Positions 1 through 11,364 are shown, counted from the stretch's first letter. The stretch is DNA of 64,000 bases from Burkholderiales bacterium (GCA_036498945.1 DASYEQ010000008.1:50923-114922), one strand, 5' to 3'. The notes: a model not told the origin generated them from the sequence alone. Translations and numbers: made by a program.

Positions 1-123
1 GGCTGGTTCTCGCGCATCACCGGCTGGTTCCAGACCGGCGCGCTGTACCAGTATGCCGTGGTGATGATGATCGCCGTATTGTTCTCCCTGAGCCTGTTCT
101 TCCACCACGTGGTGGGTAAATAA
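1..123 (+). CDS. nuoL: NADH-quinone oxidoreductase subunit L, C-terminal fragment (5' part outside window)
   Basis: Frame 1 is open from base 1 to TAA at 121-123 (GWFSRITGWFQTGALYQYAVVMMIAVLFSLSLFFHHVVGK*). The tail is hydrophobic and lies 10 nt upstream of nuoM, in the canonical L-M-N order. Confidence 0.8.
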   Translation, partial: GWFSRITGWFQTGALYQYAVVMMIAVLFSLSLFFHHVVGK

Positions 124-133
124 AAGACGACCC

Positions 134-1627
134 ATGCAGTCCTTCCCCATCCTGACCCTCTGCATCTGGGCGCCCATCATCGGCGGGCTGCTGGTAATGG
201 CCACCGGCGGCGACAAGAACGCCAAGCTGGCGCGCAACCTCGCGTTGCTGTTCTCGCTCGCCAGCCTGGCCGTCACACTCCCGCTGCTCCTCGACTTCAA
301 CAGCTCCACCGCCGGCTTCCAGTTCGTCGAGCGCAGCGTCTGGGTCGAACGCTTCCACATCGAGTATTACCTCGGCGTGGACGGCATTTCGATGCTGTTC
401 GTGCCGCTCACCGCCTTCATTACCGTGCTGGTGGTGCTGGCCGGCTGGGAGGTGATCGACACCCGCGTCTCGCAGTACATGGGCGCGTTCCTGATCCTCT
501 CCGGCCTGATGGTGGGCGTGTTCTGCGCGCTCGACGGCGCGCTGTTCTACTTCTTCTTCGAAGCCACCCTGATCCCGATGTACGTGATCATCGGCGTGTG
601 GGGCGGACAGAACCGGGTCTACGCCGCCTTCAAGTTCTTCCTGTATACCCTGGCCGGTTCGCTGTTGACCCTGGTGGCCATCGTCTACCTGTACACCAAG
701 TCGGGCAGCTTCGACATTACAGCGTGGCATAACCTGCCGCTCTCGCTTACCGAGCAGAAGTACATCTTCGTCGCCTTCCTGCTGGCCTTCGCCGCCAAAG
801 TGCCGATGTGGCCGGTCCACACCTGGCTGCCGGATGCCCACGTGCAGGCGCCTACCGGCGGCTCGGTGGTGCTGGCGGCGATCATGCTGAAGCTGGGGGC
901 TTACGGTTTCCTGCGGTTCTCGCTACCGATCGCCCCTGACGCCAGCCGCGACCTGGCCGGCCTGATGATCGCCCTGTCGCTCATCGCCGTGGTCTACATT
1001 GGCCTGGTGGCGCTGGTGCAGGCGGACATGAAAAAGCTGGTCGCCTACTCCTCGATCGCCCACATGGGCTTCGTCACCCTGGGCTTTTTCATGTTCAAGG
1101 ACGGCAGCCCGATCGGCATGGCGGTGGAAGGCGGCATCGTGCAGATGATCTCGCACGGCTTCATCTCCGGCGCCATGTTCCTGTGCATCGGCGTGCTGTA
1201 CGACCGCATGCACACCCGCGAGATTTCGGATTACGGCGGGGTGGTCAACACGATGCCCAAGTTCGCCGCCTTCGCCGTGCTGTTCGCCATGGCCAACTCG
1301 GGCCTGCCGGCCACCTCCGGTTTCGTCGGCGAATTCATGGTGATCCTGGGCGCGGTGAAATTCAACTTCTGGGTAGCCTTCTTCGCCGCCACCACCCTGA
1401 TCTTCGGCGCCGCCTACTCGCTGTGGATGGTCAAGCGCGTGTACTTCGGCGACATTGCCAACGACCACGTGCGCCACCTGAAAGACATCGGCGCGCGCGA
1501 ATTCACCATCCTCGCGCTGCTCGCTATCGCCGTGCTCTACATGGGCATCAACCCCAAACCCTTCACCGACGTGATGCATGCCTCCGTGAACGAACTCGCC
1601 CAGCACGTGGCGAAGAGCAAGATCTGA
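134..1627 (+). CDS. nuoM: NADH-quinone oxidoreductase subunit M
   Basis: 497-aa polytopic antiporter-like protein with NuoM/ND4-type conserved stretches (e.g. [28 protein letters not shown]). It is positioned between nuoL and nuoN. Confidence 0.95.
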   Translation: MQSFPILTLCIWAPIIGGLLVMATGGDKNAKLARNLALLFSLASLAVTLPLLLDFNSSTAGFQFVERSVWVERFHIEYYLGVDGISMLFVPLTAFITVLVVLAGWEVIDTRVSQYMGAFLILSGLMVGVFCALDGALFYFFFEATLIPMYVIIGVWGGQNRVYAAFKFFLYTLAGSLLTLVAIVYLYTKSGSFDITAWHNLPLSLTEQKYIFVAFLLAFAAKVPMWPVHTWLPDAHVQAPTGGSVVLAAIMLKLGAYGFLRFSLPIAPDASRDLAGLMIALSLIAVVYIGLVALVQADMKKLVAYSSIAHMGFVTLGFFMFKDGSPIGMAVEGGIVQMISHGFISGAMFLCIGVLYDRMHTREISDYGGVVNTMPKFAAFAVLFAMANSGLPATSGFVGEFMVILGAVKFNFWVAFFAATTLIFGAAYSLWMVKRVYFGDIANDHVRHLKDIGAREFTILALLAIAVLYMGINPKPFTDVMHASVNELAQHVAKSKI

Positions 1628-1637
1628 GGCGCCGATC

Positions 1638-3137
1638 ATGACTGCGACCACTCCCAACCTGATCCCCGCCTATCCCGAACTGTTGCTGTTCGGCATGATC
1701 GCGCTGATCATGCTTGTCGATGCCTTCTGGCCGAAGGCCGGCACCGCGGAAAACAAGGGCCGCGCGCTGTTCTGGCTCTCCATCATCGCGCTCGCCCTGA
1801 CCGGCGCGCTGTCGCTGGCCATGCTCGGCGCGGCCGACCGTTCCTACGCCTTCACCAACATGTTCGTGGTCGACCAGATGGCGAACCTGCTGAAGATCGG
1901 CGCCTACGTCTGCGTCGGCATCACCTTCGTCTACTCGCGCCGCTACATGGCCGAGCGCGGGCTGCTTTCCGGCGAGTTCTACCACCTGTCGCTGTTTGCC
2001 TTGCTGGGCGGCATGATCATGATCTCCGCGAACAACTTCCTCACCCTCTACCTGGGCCTGGAACTGATGTCGCTGTCGCTGTACGCGATGATCGCCCTGA
2101 ACCGTGATTCGGTGATTTCCACCGAAGCGGCGATCAAGTATTTCGTCCTCGGCGCCCTGGCTTCCGGCCTGTTGCTCTACGGCCTGTCGATGATGTACGG
2201 CGCCTCCGGCACGCTGGACATCGCCGGCAACACCACCACCATCGCCAAGGCACTGGCCGACGGCGTTGCCAAGCGCAACATGGTGCTGTTCGGCCTGGTG
2301 TTCGCGGTGGCCGGCCTCGCCTTCAAGCTGGGCGTGGTGCCGTTCCATATGTGGATTCCCGACGTCTACCATGGCGCGCCCACCCCGGTGACGCTGATGG
2401 TCGGCTCCGCGCCCAAGCTCGCCGCCTTCGCCATGATGGTGCGCCTGCTGGTCAACGGCCTCTCCCACGTTGCGGCCGACTGGCAGGAAATGCTGGTGAT
2501 CATGGCGGTGCTGTCGCTGGCCCTGGGTAACCTCGGGGCGATCGCGCAGACCAACATCAAGCGCATGCTCGCCTATTCGACCATCTCGCACATGGGCTTC
2601 GTGCTCCTGGGCCTGGCCTCCGGCGTGGTCGACGGCAATCGCCTGAACGCGGCGGATGCCTACGGCTCGGCACTGTTCTACATCCTCACCTATACGCTCA
2701 CCACCCTGGCTTCGTTCGGCATGGTGATCCTGTTGTCGCGCAAGGGCTTCGAGGCCGACAAACTGGAAGACTTCAAGGGCCTGAACTCGCGCAACCCCTG
2801 GTATGCGCTTCTGATGCTGATCATCATGTTCTCGCTTACCGGCATTCCGCCGACCATGGGTTTCTACGCCAAGCTGGCCGTGCTGCAGGCGGCGGTGGCG
2901 GCGCACATGACGTGGCTTGCCGTGGTGGCGGTGGTGTTCTCGCTGATCGGCGCCTTCTACTACCTGCGTGTGGTCAAGCTGATGTATTTCGACGAGCCGC
3001 TCGACCACGAGCCGCTGGTCGCGGACGCCGCCTCCCGTACCTTGCTGTCGCTCAACGGCGCGGCGCTCCTGCTGCTGGGCCTGCTGCCCGGCGGGCTGAT
3101 GGGCCTGTGCGTGGTGGTGATGCGCACTTCGCTGTAA
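1638..3137 (+). CDS. nuoN: NADH-quinone oxidoreductase subunit N
   Basis: 499-aa polytopic protein, NuoN/ND2-like ([18 protein letters not shown]). It starts 10 nt after nuoM and is the last gene of the nuo order. Confidence 0.95.
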   Translation: MTATTPNLIPAYPELLLFGMIALIMLVDAFWPKAGTAENKGRALFWLSIIALALTGALSLAMLGAADRSYAFTNMFVVDQMANLLKIGAYVCVGITFVYSRRYMAERGLLSGEFYHLSLFALLGGMIMISANNFLTLYLGLELMSLSLYAMIALNRDSVISTEAAIKYFVLGALASGLLLYGLSMMYGASGTLDIAGNTTTIAKALADGVAKRNMVLFGLVFAVAGLAFKLGVVPFHMWIPDVYHGAPTPVTLMVGSAPKLAAFAMMVRLLVNGLSHVAADWQEMLVIMAVLSLALGNLGAIAQTNIKRMLAYSTISHMGFVLLGLASGVVDGNRLNAADAYGSALFYILTYTLTTLASFGMVILLSRKGFEADKLEDFKGLNSRNPWYALLMLIIMFSLTGIPPTMGFYAKLAVLQAAVAAHMTWLAVVAVVFSLIGAFYYLRVVKLMYFDEPLDHEPLVADAASRTLLSLNGAALLLLGLLPGGLMGLCVVVMRTSL

Positions 3138-3159
3138 ACCTTTTTGATGGGCTTGAGAG

Positions 3160-3471
3160 ATGGGTAATCAGCCCGCGATCTGGTTTTTGCTGGCCGTTGG
3201 CGTGATCGGCGCCAACCTGCCATTCATTTTCACCCGGCTGTTCGGCTTCGGCGTGATCAAGCGCGGGGCGGAAGGCTTCGGCTGGCGCCTGCTGGAACTG
3301 GCGGTGGTCTATTGCCTCTTCACCGGCATCGGCCTGGGGCTGGAATCGCGCCAGGGTGACATCTATCCGCAGGCCTGGCAGTTCTGGTGGGTCAACGGCC
3401 TGCTGCTGGTGGTGTTCGCCTTTCCCGGCTTTGTTTTCCGCTACCTCTGGAAGCACCATGAGCAAGGATGA
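3160..3471 (+). CDS. Small membrane protein (DUF2818-like, the family usually found after nuoN in betaproteobacteria)
   Basis: 103 aa with about 3 hydrophobic segments and codon usage consistent with neighbours. The family name is recalled from memory, not searched. Confidence 0.65.
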   Translation: MGNQPAIWFLLAVGVIGANLPFIFTRLFGFGVIKRGAEGFGWRLLELAVVYCLFTGIGLGLESRQGDIYPQAWQFWWVNGLLLVVFAFPGFVFRYLWKHHEQG

Positions 3472-4012
3472 TTTCACCGAGCACCAGCTCGATTCGACGC
3501 AGGTCTACGATGGCCGCCTGCTCAAGGTCTACAAGGACAACGTGCGCCTGCCCGATGACAGCCGGGCCACGCGCGAATACATCAAGCATCCCGGTGCGGT
3601 GGCGATTCTCGCCGTGCTGCCCGACGGCAAGGTGCTGCTGGAGCGCCAGTACCGTTATCCGCATCACCGCGATTTCATCGAGATTCCCGCCGGCAAGATC
3701 GACCCGGGCGAGGACATCCTCAATACCGCCAAGCGCGAACTGCTGGAAGAAACCGGCTATACCGCCACCGAGTGGCGGCATCTGACCACCATCCACCCGC
3801 TGATTGCCTATTCGGATGAGGTGATCGAGCTGTTCCTGGCGCAGGGGCTGACACCGGGCGAGCGCAGCCTGGACCCGGGTGAATTCCTCGAAGTGATGCA
3901 CGTCGATCGCAAGGAGGCGCTCAACTGGGTGCTGGAAGGCAAGATCGACGACGCCAAGTCGATGGTCGGCCTGATGTGGCTGGACAAGCTGGAACGCGGC
4001 GACTGGTCCTGA
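3458..4012 (+). CDS. nudF: ADP-ribose pyrophosphatase (Nudix hydrolase)
   Basis: Nudix box GKIDPGEDILNTAKRELLEETG. I chose the ATG at 3458 (MSKDDFTEHQL...) over the ORF-track start at 3356, whose extra residues overlap the preceding gene. Confidence 0.85.
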   Translation: MSKDDFTEHQLDSTQVYDGRLLKVYKDNVRLPDDSRATREYIKHPGAVAILAVLPDGKVLLERQYRYPHHRDFIEIPAGKIDPGEDILNTAKRELLEETGYTATEWRHLTTIHPLIAYSDEVIELFLAQGLTPGERSLDPGEFLEVMHVDRKEALNWVLEGKIDDAKSMVGLMWLDKLERGDWS

Positions 4013-4205
4013 CGCGCTGACGGCGCGCGGCATCATGGCCGTGGGGCAGTGCGCGGCCGCAAAGTTTTCGCGCTACAGGAACGAACAAGAACCTCCAATG
4101 GTCACATCCACAATGCGCTGCGCCAATAACACCAACGTTCCGCTCGCTTCCCGCCGCTGCCTGGTGCGCCGCGCCCCGGGCAGTCGGATAAGGTAGCATC
4201 CCCCC

Positions 4206-5462
4206 ATGCAACTTTCCCGGCTCCCGTTCGAGCTCCTCGTCGGCCTGCGCTATGTACGCGCCCGCCGCACTGCCAACAAGAACGGTTTCATCTCCTTCAT
4301 TTCGCTTGCCTCGGTGCTCGGCATCGGCCTGGGCGTGGCGGCTCTCATCATCGTGCTGTCGGTGATGAACGGCTTCCAGAAAGAGGTACGCGACCGCATG
4401 CTGTCGGTGGTTTCGCACATCGAGGTGTTCGGCGCCAGCGGCTCGGTCGACAACTGGCAGCAACTGATCGAGGAAGCCAAGCGCAACAAGCGTGTGGTCG
4501 CAGGCGCGCCCTACGTCGAGGCGCAGGCAATGCTGGTGAATGGCGATGTGGTGCGCGGCGCGGTGATCCGCGGCATCAAGCCCGAGTTCGAAGCCCAGGT
4601 GTCGAGCCTGACGATGAAGGGCGGGCAGCTCACCGATCTGAAGCCGGGCGACTTCAACGTCGTGCTGGGGCTGGAACTGGCGCGTGCCCTTGGCGTGCGC
4701 CTGGGCGACAAGGTGACGCTGATCGCCCCCAGCGGCAGCCTCACCCCCGCCGGCGTGATTCCGCGCCTGAAGCAGTTCACGGTTTCCGGCGTGTTCGAAT
4801 CCGGCCACTTCGAGTACGACTCCGGCCTGGCGCTGGTCGCCATGGAAGATGCGCAAAAGCTGTTCCGCGTCGATGGCGCCACCGGGGTGCGGCTGAAGAC
4901 CACCAACCTCTACGAGGCCCCCGAGATCGCCGAGGAGCTGTCGCACACCCTCACCGGCGATCTGCTGATCCGCGACTGGGGCCGCATCAATCGCAGCTGG
5001 TTCGCCGCCGTGCAGGTGGAAAAACGCATGATGTTCATCATCCTTTCGCTGATCGTCGCGGTGGCCGCCTTCAACCTCGTTTCCATGCTGGTGATGATGG
5101 TGACCGACAAGCGCGCCGACATCGCCATCCTGCGTACCCAGGGCGCCAGCCCGCGGTCGATCCAGAAGATTTTCATGATCGCCGGCAGCATCTCCGGTTC
5201 GCTCGGCACCCTCGTGGGCGCCCTGGTCGGTATCGTCACCGCGCTCAACATCCCCACCTGGGTGCCGGCGATCGAGCACCTCCTGGGCGTGCAGATTCTC
5301 GCCAAGGACATCTACTTCATCAATTCGCTGCCGTCCGACCCGCAGGCGCCGGACATCATTTTCATCACCGTCATCTCGCTGGTGCTGAGTTTCCTCGCCA
5401 CGCTTTATCCGAGCTGGCGCGCGGCGCGCATCCAGCCGGCGGAGGCCCTGCGCTATGAGTGA
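4206..5462 (+). CDS. lolC: Lipoprotein-releasing ABC transporter permease (LolC/LolE family)
   Basis: 418 aa with MacB/FtsX-type topology (TM1, large periplasmic domain, three C-terminal TMs). It overlaps lolD by 8 nt. Confidence 0.9.
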   Translation: MQLSRLPFELLVGLRYVRARRTANKNGFISFISLASVLGIGLGVAALIIVLSVMNGFQKEVRDRMLSVVSHIEVFGASGSVDNWQQLIEEAKRNKRVVAGAPYVEAQAMLVNGDVVRGAVIRGIKPEFEAQVSSLTMKGGQLTDLKPGDFNVVLGLELARALGVRLGDKVTLIAPSGSLTPAGVIPRLKQFTVSGVFESGHFEYDSGLALVAMEDAQKLFRVDGATGVRLKTTNLYEAPEIAEELSHTLTGDLLIRDWGRINRSWFAAVQVEKRMMFIILSLIVAVAAFNLVSMLVMMVTDKRADIAILRTQGASPRSIQKIFMIAGSISGSLGTLVGALVGIVTALNIPTWVPAIEHLLGVQILAKDIYFINSLPSDPQAPDIIFITVISLVLSFLATLYPSWRAARIQPAEALRYE

Positions 5463-6138
5463 AAACGTCATCATCAGCGCCCGCGGCCTGGCGAAGAAGT
5501 ATCGTGAGGGCGAGGGCGCTCTTTCGGTGCTCACCGGCATCGACCTCGACGTGCAGGCCGGCGAGAGCGTTGCCATCGTCGGCGCCTCCGGCTGCGGCAA
5601 GAGTACGCTGCTGCACCTGCTGGGCGGGCTGGACAACGCCAGCGGCGGCAGCGTCGCCATCGGCGGCCGCGAACTTGGCAGCATGAGCGAAACCGAGCGG
5701 GGCAGGGTACGCAACGCGTCGCTGGGCTTTGTCTACCAGTTCCATCACCTGCTGCCGGATTTCACCGCGCTGGAAAACGTCGCCATGCCGCTGATCATCC
5801 GCGGCGGCTCGCGCGAGGAGGCTGAAAAGGCCGCGCGCGCCATGCTGGACGACGTGGATCTCGCCAGCCGCGTCGATCACACCCCGGGCGAACTCTCCGG
5901 TGGCGAGCGCCAGCGTGCCGCCCTGGCGCGCGCCCTGGTGACCCACCCGCAATGCGTGCTGGCCGACGAGCCCACCGGCAACCTCGATCGCGAGAACGCT
6001 GCGAAAGTGTTCGACCTGATGCTCGGCCTGAAACAGCGCTTCAACACCGCTTTCGTGGTCGTGACCCACGACCCGGCCCTGGCGGCGCGCCTGGACCGCC
6101 GCTTTGAATTGCGCGAAGGCACGCTCAAGCCCTTGTAG
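5455..6138 (+). CDS. lolD: Lipoprotein-releasing ABC transporter ATP-binding protein
   Basis: Walker [13 protein letters not shown] signature LSGGERQR, Walker [12 protein letters not shown]. It is coupled to the lolC-type permease. Confidence 0.93.
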   Translation: MSENVIISARGLAKKYREGEGALSVLTGIDLDVQAGESVAIVGASGCGKSTLLHLLGGLDNASGGSVAIGGRELGSMSETERGRVRNASLGFVYQFHHLLPDFTALENVAMPLIIRGGSREEAEKAARAMLDDVDLASRVDHTPGELSGGERQRAALARALVTHPQCVLADEPTGNLDRENAAKVFDLMLGLKQRFNTAFVVVTHDPALAARLDRRFELREGTLKPL

Positions 6139-6218
6139 AAGGGCGCGACCGGCTTGCCGGCGCTGCATCTCTGCCTGGGGCTTTTGACCTCCGGCTGTCC
6201 TTTTGACACATTTGGGCA

Positions 6219-7415
6219 ATGTTTGTGCGTCATAAGGCGCATTGCTGCCTGCTTTTCGGAACCTTCGCCATGGCTACCGCAATCAACAACATCAAGAAAA
6301 AGGTCAAGATCGATCACGAGCACATCGCCCTGGTCCTTCAGGGCGGCGGCGCCCTGGGCGCCTACCAGGCCGGCGTGTTCGAGGAGATCGCGCAGATTCC
6401 CACCGAGCCGCACTGGGTGGCCGGGGTATCGATCGGCGCCATCAACGCAGCCCTGATCGCCGGCAACCTGCCGGCGCGTCGCGTCGAGCGCCTGCGCGAA
6501 TTCTGGGACCTGGTGTCTTCCGGCAGCAGCGGCGTCGCCCCACTGTGGGACAGCCAGCGTCAGCTGTTTCACCAGGCCAGCGCAGCCATGGCGGCACTGG
6601 CCGGGGTGCCGGGCTTTTACCAGCCGCGGATGCCGCCGCCGTTTTTCCAGGCCGAGGGCACCGAGGCGGCGATCAGCTTCTACGACACCAGCCCCCTGCG
6701 CGCCACCCTGGAGCGCCTGGTGGACTTCGACCTGATCAATAGCAAGCGGGTGCGCTTGTCCGTCGGCGCCGCCAACGTGCGCACCGGCAATTCCACCTAC
6801 TTCGACAATATGAAGCAAAAGCTCGGCCCCGAGCACATCATGGCCAGCGGCGCGCTGCCGCCGGCCTTTCCGCCGATCGAGATCGGCGGCGAGTATTACT
6901 GGGACGGCGGCATCGTCTCCAACACGCCGCTGCAATACGTGCTGGACAACCGCGGCCTGAAAAAAACCCTGATCGCGCAGATCGACCTGTTTCCGGCGCG
7001 CGGTGCGCTGCCGATGAACATGGCGGCGGTGCAGTCGCGGCAAAAAGACATCATGTATTCCAGCCGCACCCGCTTCAACACCGACAAGGCGGCCGAGGTG
7101 CAGCGCGCCAAGCAGGCGCTGCAAAGCCTGATCGCCAAGCTGCCGCCGCGCATGCGCAACGATCCGGATGTGAAGTACCTGGCCGAAACCAACCGCACCG
7201 CGCACGTCGATATCGTGCACCTGATCTACCGCCAGAGCAAATTCGAGCTGGAGTCCAAGGACTACGAATTCTCCCGTGCCACCGTCAACGAGCATTGGGA
7301 TGCCGGGCGCCGCGACATGTTGCGCACCATCGAGCATCCCGAATGGCTGACGCGCTCCAGCCTGGAGGAGGGCGTGGTGATCTACGACCTGGTGCAGGAC
7401 AAGCTCAAGACCTGA
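6219..7415 (+). CDS. Patatin-like phospholipase family protein
   Basis: Oxyanion motif GGGALGAYQAG, nucleophile elbow GVSIGA (GxSxG), catalytic Asp region YWDGGIVSNTP. The start is ambiguous (6219, or the ATG at 6270 giving MATAINN...). Confidence 0.85.
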   Translation: MFVRHKAHCCLLFGTFAMATAINNIKKKVKIDHEHIALVLQGGGALGAYQAGVFEEIAQIPTEPHWVAGVSIGAINAALIAGNLPARRVERLREFWDLVSSGSSGVAPLWDSQRQLFHQASAAMAALAGVPGFYQPRMPPPFFQAEGTEAAISFYDTSPLRATLERLVDFDLINSKRVRLSVGAANVRTGNSTYFDNMKQKLGPEHIMASGALPPAFPPIEIGGEYYWDGGIVSNTPLQYVLDNRGLKKTLIAQIDLFPARGALPMNMAAVQSRQKDIMYSSRTRFNTDKAAEVQRAKQALQSLIAKLPPRMRNDPDVKYLAETNRTAHVDIVHLIYRQSKFELESKDYEFSRATVNEHWDAGRRDMLRTIEHPEWLTRSSLEEGVVIYDLVQDKLKT

Positions 7416-7439
7416 TTCCCCTCTACCGAGACCGCATCA

Positions 7440-8183
7440 ATGGATATCGCCACCGTCAAAGCCACCGCATTCGCCATGCCGCTGACCAGCCCCGCGTTCC
7501 CGCGCGGGCCTTACCGTTTCGTCAATCGCGAATACCTGATCATCACCTACGAGACGGACATGGACGCCTTGCGCGCCGTCGTTCCCGAGCCGCTCGAAGT
7601 CACCGTCCCGCACGTCAAGTACGAATTCATCAAGATGCCCGATTCCACCGGTTTCGGCGACTACTGCGAGTCCGGCCAGGTCATCCCGGTGCGATACGAT
7701 GGCCGCGACGGCGGCTACGTGCACTCGATGTACCTCAACGACCACCCGCCGATCGCCGGCGGCCGCGAACTCTGGGGCTTCCCGAAAAAACTCGCGCAGC
7801 CGACCCTGCACGTCGACATCGATACCCTGGTCGGTACCCTCGACTACGGCCCGGTGCGTATCGCCACCGCCACCATGGGGTTCAAGCACAACCGCGCCGA
7901 ATATGCCGCGCTGGAGAAATCGCTGGCCGCGCCCAATTACCTGCTGAAGATCATCCCCCACGTGGACGGCAGCGCCCGCATCTGCGAACTGGTGCGCTAC
8001 TACACCACCGAGATTTCGCTCAAGGGTGCCTGGACCGGCCCGGCCTCGCTCGACCTGCACCCGCACGCGCTGGCGCCGGTGGCCGACCTGCCGGTGAAAA
8101 AAGTGCTTTCGGCCTTGCATTTCGTCGTCGACCTCACGCTCGACCTGGGCGAAGTGGTGCACGATTATCTCGCCCCCGCCTGA
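7440..8183 (+). CDS. adc: Acetoacetate decarboxylase
   Basis: 247 aa. The N-terminus ([27 protein letters not shown]) and the ELWGFPKK lysine pair are typical of the Adc family. Confidence 0.85.
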   Translation: MDIATVKATAFAMPLTSPAFPRGPYRFVNREYLIITYETDMDALRAVVPEPLEVTVPHVKYEFIKMPDSTGFGDYCESGQVIPVRYDGRDGGYVHSMYLNDHPPIAGGRELWGFPKKLAQPTLHVDIDTLVGTLDYGPVRIATATMGFKHNRAEYAALEKSLAAPNYLLKIIPHVDGSARICELVRYYTTEISLKGAWTGPASLDLHPHALAPVADLPVKKVLSALHFVVDLTLDLGEVVHDYLAPA

Positions 8184-8238
8184 GGCGCCGGCGCGATTTC
8201 CTCGCGGGCCGCGTGCCCGCGTAACCTAGGAGTCATTC

Positions 8239-9021
8239 ATGCTGCTCAAAGATAAAGTTGCCTACATCACCGGTGCCGCTTCCGGCATCGGCCGCGAGAT
8301 CGCCGTCGTGTTCGCGCGCGAAGGCGCGAAAGTGGTGATCGCCGACCTCAACAAGGCGGCGGCGGACGCCGCCGCCGCCGAGATCGCCAAGGGCGGCACC
8401 CAGGCGATCGGCGTCGGTGTCGACGTGACCGACGAAGCCCAGGTCGATGCCTCGGTCAAGGCCGCCACCGACGCCTTCGGCGCCATCGACATCCTGATCA
8501 GCAACGCCGGCATCCAGATCGTGCACCCGGTGGAGGAGTTCAGCTTCGCCGACTGGAAGAAGATGCTCGCCATCCATCTTGATGGCGCTTTTCTCACCAC
8601 CCGCGCCTGTCTCAAGAGCATGTACGCCTCCGGCCGCGGCGGCTCGGTGATCTACATGGGCTCGGTGCACTCCAAGGAAGCCTCGCTGCTCAAGGCGCCC
8701 TACGTCACCGCCAAGCACGGCCTGATCGGCCTGTGCAAGACCGTGGCGAAGGAAGGCGCGAAGCATAACGTGCGCGCCAACGTCATCTGCCCCGGCTTCG
8801 TGCGCACGCCACTGGTGGACAAGCAGATCCCCGAGCAGGCCAGGACGCTGGGCATCAGCGAAGAGGAAGTGATCAAGAACGTGATGCTGAAGGAGACCGT
8901 GGACGGCGAATTCACCACCGTGGACGACGTCGCCCAAGTCGCGCTGATGTTCGCTTCCTTCCCCACCAATGCGCTCACCGGCCAGTCGATGGTGGTGAGC
9001 CACGGCTGGTTCATGCAATAG
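8239..9021 (+). CDS. bdhA: 3-hydroxybutyrate dehydrogenase (SDR family)
   Basis: 260 aa with [12 protein letters not shown] cofactor motif, NAG, and catalytic YVTAKHG (YxxxK). The overall sequence is typical of D-beta-hydroxybutyrate dehydrogenases. Confidence 0.85.
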   Translation: MLLKDKVAYITGAASGIGREIAVVFAREGAKVVIADLNKAAADAAAAEIAKGGTQAIGVGVDVTDEAQVDASVKAATDAFGAIDILISNAGIQIVHPVEEFSFADWKKMLAIHLDGAFLTTRACLKSMYASGRGGSVIYMGSVHSKEASLLKAPYVTAKHGLIGLCKTVAKEGAKHNVRANVICPGFVRTPLVDKQIPEQARTLGISEEEVIKNVMLKETVDGEFTTVDDVAQVALMFASFPTNALTGQSMVVSHGWFMQ

Positions 9022-9032
9022 GGCAGGGCGAT

Positions 9033-9062
9033 AAAAAAAGCCGGCGCAAGCCGGCTTTTTTA
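9033..9062. terminator. Bidirectional intrinsic terminator between bdhA and nudC
   Basis: aaaaaaaGCCGGCgcaaGCCGGCttttttat: a 6-bp GC stem flanked by an A-run and a T-run, between convergent genes. Confidence 0.85.
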
Positions 9063-9073
9063 TTTGGTGCCGT

Positions 9074-9931
9074 TCAGACTTTCAGCGCCGGATGGTCGGG
9101 ATCGACTTCCGCGATGGTCGCGTTCACCAGGCGCCGCGCGATCGACAGGCGGTTCGGCAGGCCCGGCAGGGCATCCAGCGTGAACCAGCGCGCATCTTCG
9201 ATCTCGCCTTCCTGGCAGACGATTTCGCCGCTGTCGTAATCCGCCACGTAGGCAATCATCAGCGAATGCGGGAAGGGCCAGCCCTGGCTGCCGTGGTAGC
9301 GCACGTTTTTGACCTTCACGCCGACTTCCTCAAACACCTCGCGGTGGATGCAGTCCTCGATCGATTCCGACGGCTCGACGAAACCCGCCAGTGCACTGTA
9401 CATGCCGGCGACGAAGCGCGGGCTGCGCGCCATCAGGAATTCGCGGCCCTTGGGGCCGTCGCGCTTGATCAGCACCATCATCGCCGGCGCCACGCGCGCA
9501 TAGGCGGTCTCGCCGCAATTCGGGCATTTGCGCGAGCGGCCGCCCTCGTGGATCGCCGTCAGGTTGGCGCAGACGCCGCAGTACTTGTGCGTGCGGTCGA
9601 ACTCCAGCACCTGGATCGCGCGCCCGCCCACCGCCAGCATGTCGTCGGGCAGGCTGTTGAACATCGCGCGCAGGCCTTCGAAGGCGTAGCCCGCGGGGGC
9701 TTCGGCATCGCTGCGCCCGGTCCAGCAGGCAGTGCCTTCCAGCGTGCCGACGAAGCGCAGGTCGGTGATCGGCACCGGCAGGTCTTCGGGCAGGTCGGCG
9801 CGGGGTACCTCGGGCGCTTTGCGATCACCCTTGACGAGCAGGTTACCGCGATGAAACACGAACCACAGGCCGCCGGCGGAGGCTTGCGGCGGCGCCTCCC
9901 ATAGCGGTTCAAAAGAAGAAGGCAGGATCAT
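9074..9931 (-). CDS. nudC: NAD+ diphosphatase / NADH pyrophosphatase
   Basis: Zinc ribbon CGVC...CPNCG followed by Nudix box GFVEPSESIEDCIHREVFEEVG; 285 aa. Confidence 0.88.
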   Translation of the reverse strand: MILPSSFEPLWEAPPQASAGGLWFVFHRGNLLVKGDRKAPEVPRADLPEDLPVPITDLRFVGTLEGTACWTGRSDAEAPAGYAFEGLRAMFNSLPDDMLAVGGRAIQVLEFDRTHKYCGVCANLTAIHEGGRSRKCPNCGETAYARVAPAMMVLIKRDGPKGREFLMARSPRFVAGMYSALAGFVEPSESIEDCIHREVFEEVGVKVKNVRYHGSQGWPFPHSLMIAYVADYDSGEIVCQEGEIEDARWFTLDALPGLPNRLSIARRLVNATIAEVDPDHPALKV

Positions 9932-9991
9932 ATGCCCGCAGTTTAGCAGCGCTCCTGTGACAGCGCTTGCATCACTTCCAGCCGGCAGCCC

Positions 9992-10786
9992 TCACCAGTA
10001 GGAGTAGAGCATCTTCGCCGCGAGCAGGAACAGCAGATAGGCGAAAACGCGCCGCAGGGTTTGCACCGGCAGCCGGTGCGCCAGGCGCAAGCCCACCGGC
10101 ACCACCATCACGCTGGCGCAGACGATCGCCGCCAGCGCCGGCAGGTAGATGAAACCCAGGCTGTAATCCGGCAGGCCGGCGACGTGCCAGCCGGAGACGA
10201 TGTAGCCGATGCTGCCCATGATGGCGATCGGGATCGCCAGCACCACGCCGGTGCCGATCGCCATCATCATCGGCAGGCCGCAATACATCATGAATGGCAC
10301 CGTGAGGAATGCGCCGCCCGCCGACACCAGCCCGGCAATCACGCCGACCGCGAGGCCATAGGCGAAGATCACCGCGCGGCCCGGCGGCGCCTTGCCGGGG
10401 CCGGGCTTCTTGCCCACCAGGATCTGCACGCCCGCCACCACCACGATCAGCGCGAACGCCACCGCCAGCAGGCGCTGCGGAATCAGGCTGCTGCAGGCGG
10501 TCGCCAGCAGCGTGCCGGCCACCATCGGCGGCGACAGCCGGCGGAACATCACCCAGTCCACCGAGCCGCGCTTGTGATGCTGGAAGGCGGTGGCGGAAGA
10601 GGTGAAGGCGATGGAACACATCGCGGTGGCCAGCGCAATGTGGATCACGTGGTCCGGCGCCACCTTCTGCGCGGTCAGCACCGCCGAGATGATCGGCACG
10701 ATGGTCATGCCGCCGCCCACGCCCAACAGACCCGCGAGAAAGCCGGCGGTGAGTCCGCCGACGGCGTAGGCCAGAAGCCAGATCAT
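9992..10786 (-). CDS. TauE/SafE family sulfite/anion exporter-like membrane protein
   Basis: 264 aa, about 8 TM, with internal duplication and Gly-rich TM motifs (GLLGVGGG, VSAGGAF) typical of the DUF81/TauE family. Confidence 0.8.
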   Translation of the reverse strand: MIWLLAYAVGGLTAGFLAGLLGVGGGMTIVPIISAVLTAQKVAPDHVIHIALATAMCSIAFTSSATAFQHHKRGSVDWVMFRRLSPPMVAGTLLATACSSLIPQRLLAVAFALIVVVAGVQILVGKKPGPGKAPPGRAVIFAYGLAVGVIAGLVSAGGAFLTVPFMMYCGLPMMMAIGTGVVLAIPIAIMGSIGYIVSGWHVAGLPDYSLGFIYLPALAAIVCASVMVVPVGLRLAHRLPVQTLRRVFAYLLFLLAAKMLYSYW

Positions 10787-10823
10787 GCCGGCACGCGCCG
10801 CGTTGCGCGCGCCATCGGACAGT

Positions 10824-11345
10824 TCATGCGATATCCACGCCCATCAGCTTCTTGGTGATGAATTTCCACTCCGGGGCTGCGACCGGCGTGATGGAAAGCC
10901 GGTTGCCGCGCTTGAGCACGATCATGTTTTCCAGCGCCTTGTGCTCGCGCAGCGCATCGAGCGAAATCAGGTCCGTCTTCCGGATGAACTTCACGTCCAC
11001 GCAAGACCAGTGCGGCGCTTCCTTCTTCGAGGCCTTGTCGTAATACGGGCTCTTCGGGTCGAACTGCGTGTCGTCCACGTGTGCCGGCGCCGACACTTTG
11101 GCGAGTCCGGCAATGCCCGGCTCCGGACAGGACGAGTGATAGAAGAACACCAGGTCACCCACCTGCATCTGGTCGCGCATGTAATTGCGCGCCTGGTAAT
11201 TGCGCACCCCGAACCACGGCACCGTCTGCTTTGGCGCCTTGCCCAGATCGTCGATCGACACCTCGTCCGGCTCAGACTTCATCAACCAGTATGGCAAGGC
11301 GCGCCTCCGGGAGGTTTTTGCCGTACAAAAGAGAAAGCGGCGCAA
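10824..11345 (-). CDS. EVE (PUA-like) domain protein
   Basis: YWLMKSEPDEVSIDDL...GVRNYQARNYMRDQMQVGDLVFFYHS is the characteristic EVE-domain N-terminus. The true start may lie downstream of 11345. Confidence 0.8.
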   Translation of the reverse strand: MRRFLFCTAKTSRRRALPYWLMKSEPDEVSIDDLGKAPKQTVPWFGVRNYQARNYMRDQMQVGDLVFFYHSSCPEPGIAGLAKVSAPAHVDDTQFDPKSPYYDKASKKEAPHWSCVDVKFIRKTDLISLDALREHKALENMIVLKRGNRLSITPVAAPEWKFITKKLMGVDIA

Positions 11346-11364
11346 CGCGCCGCTTTCCAGTTGT

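Noticed and set aside
3921-5714. Very long ORFs antisense to or out of frame with well-supported genes. Examples: 17-841(-), 1563-3008(-), 3921-5714(-), 5877-7337(-), 13158-14849(-), 14833-16284(-), 20858-23002(+), 33464-34795(-), 35359-36657(-), 43610-45130(-), 56505-57926(+), 61321-63960(-).
   Set aside because: Their translations are Arg/Ala/Gly/Pro/His-rich low-complexity strings with no motifs. Stop-free alternative frames are expected in high-G+C DNA, and in every case the other strand or frame encodes a protein with clear family signatures.
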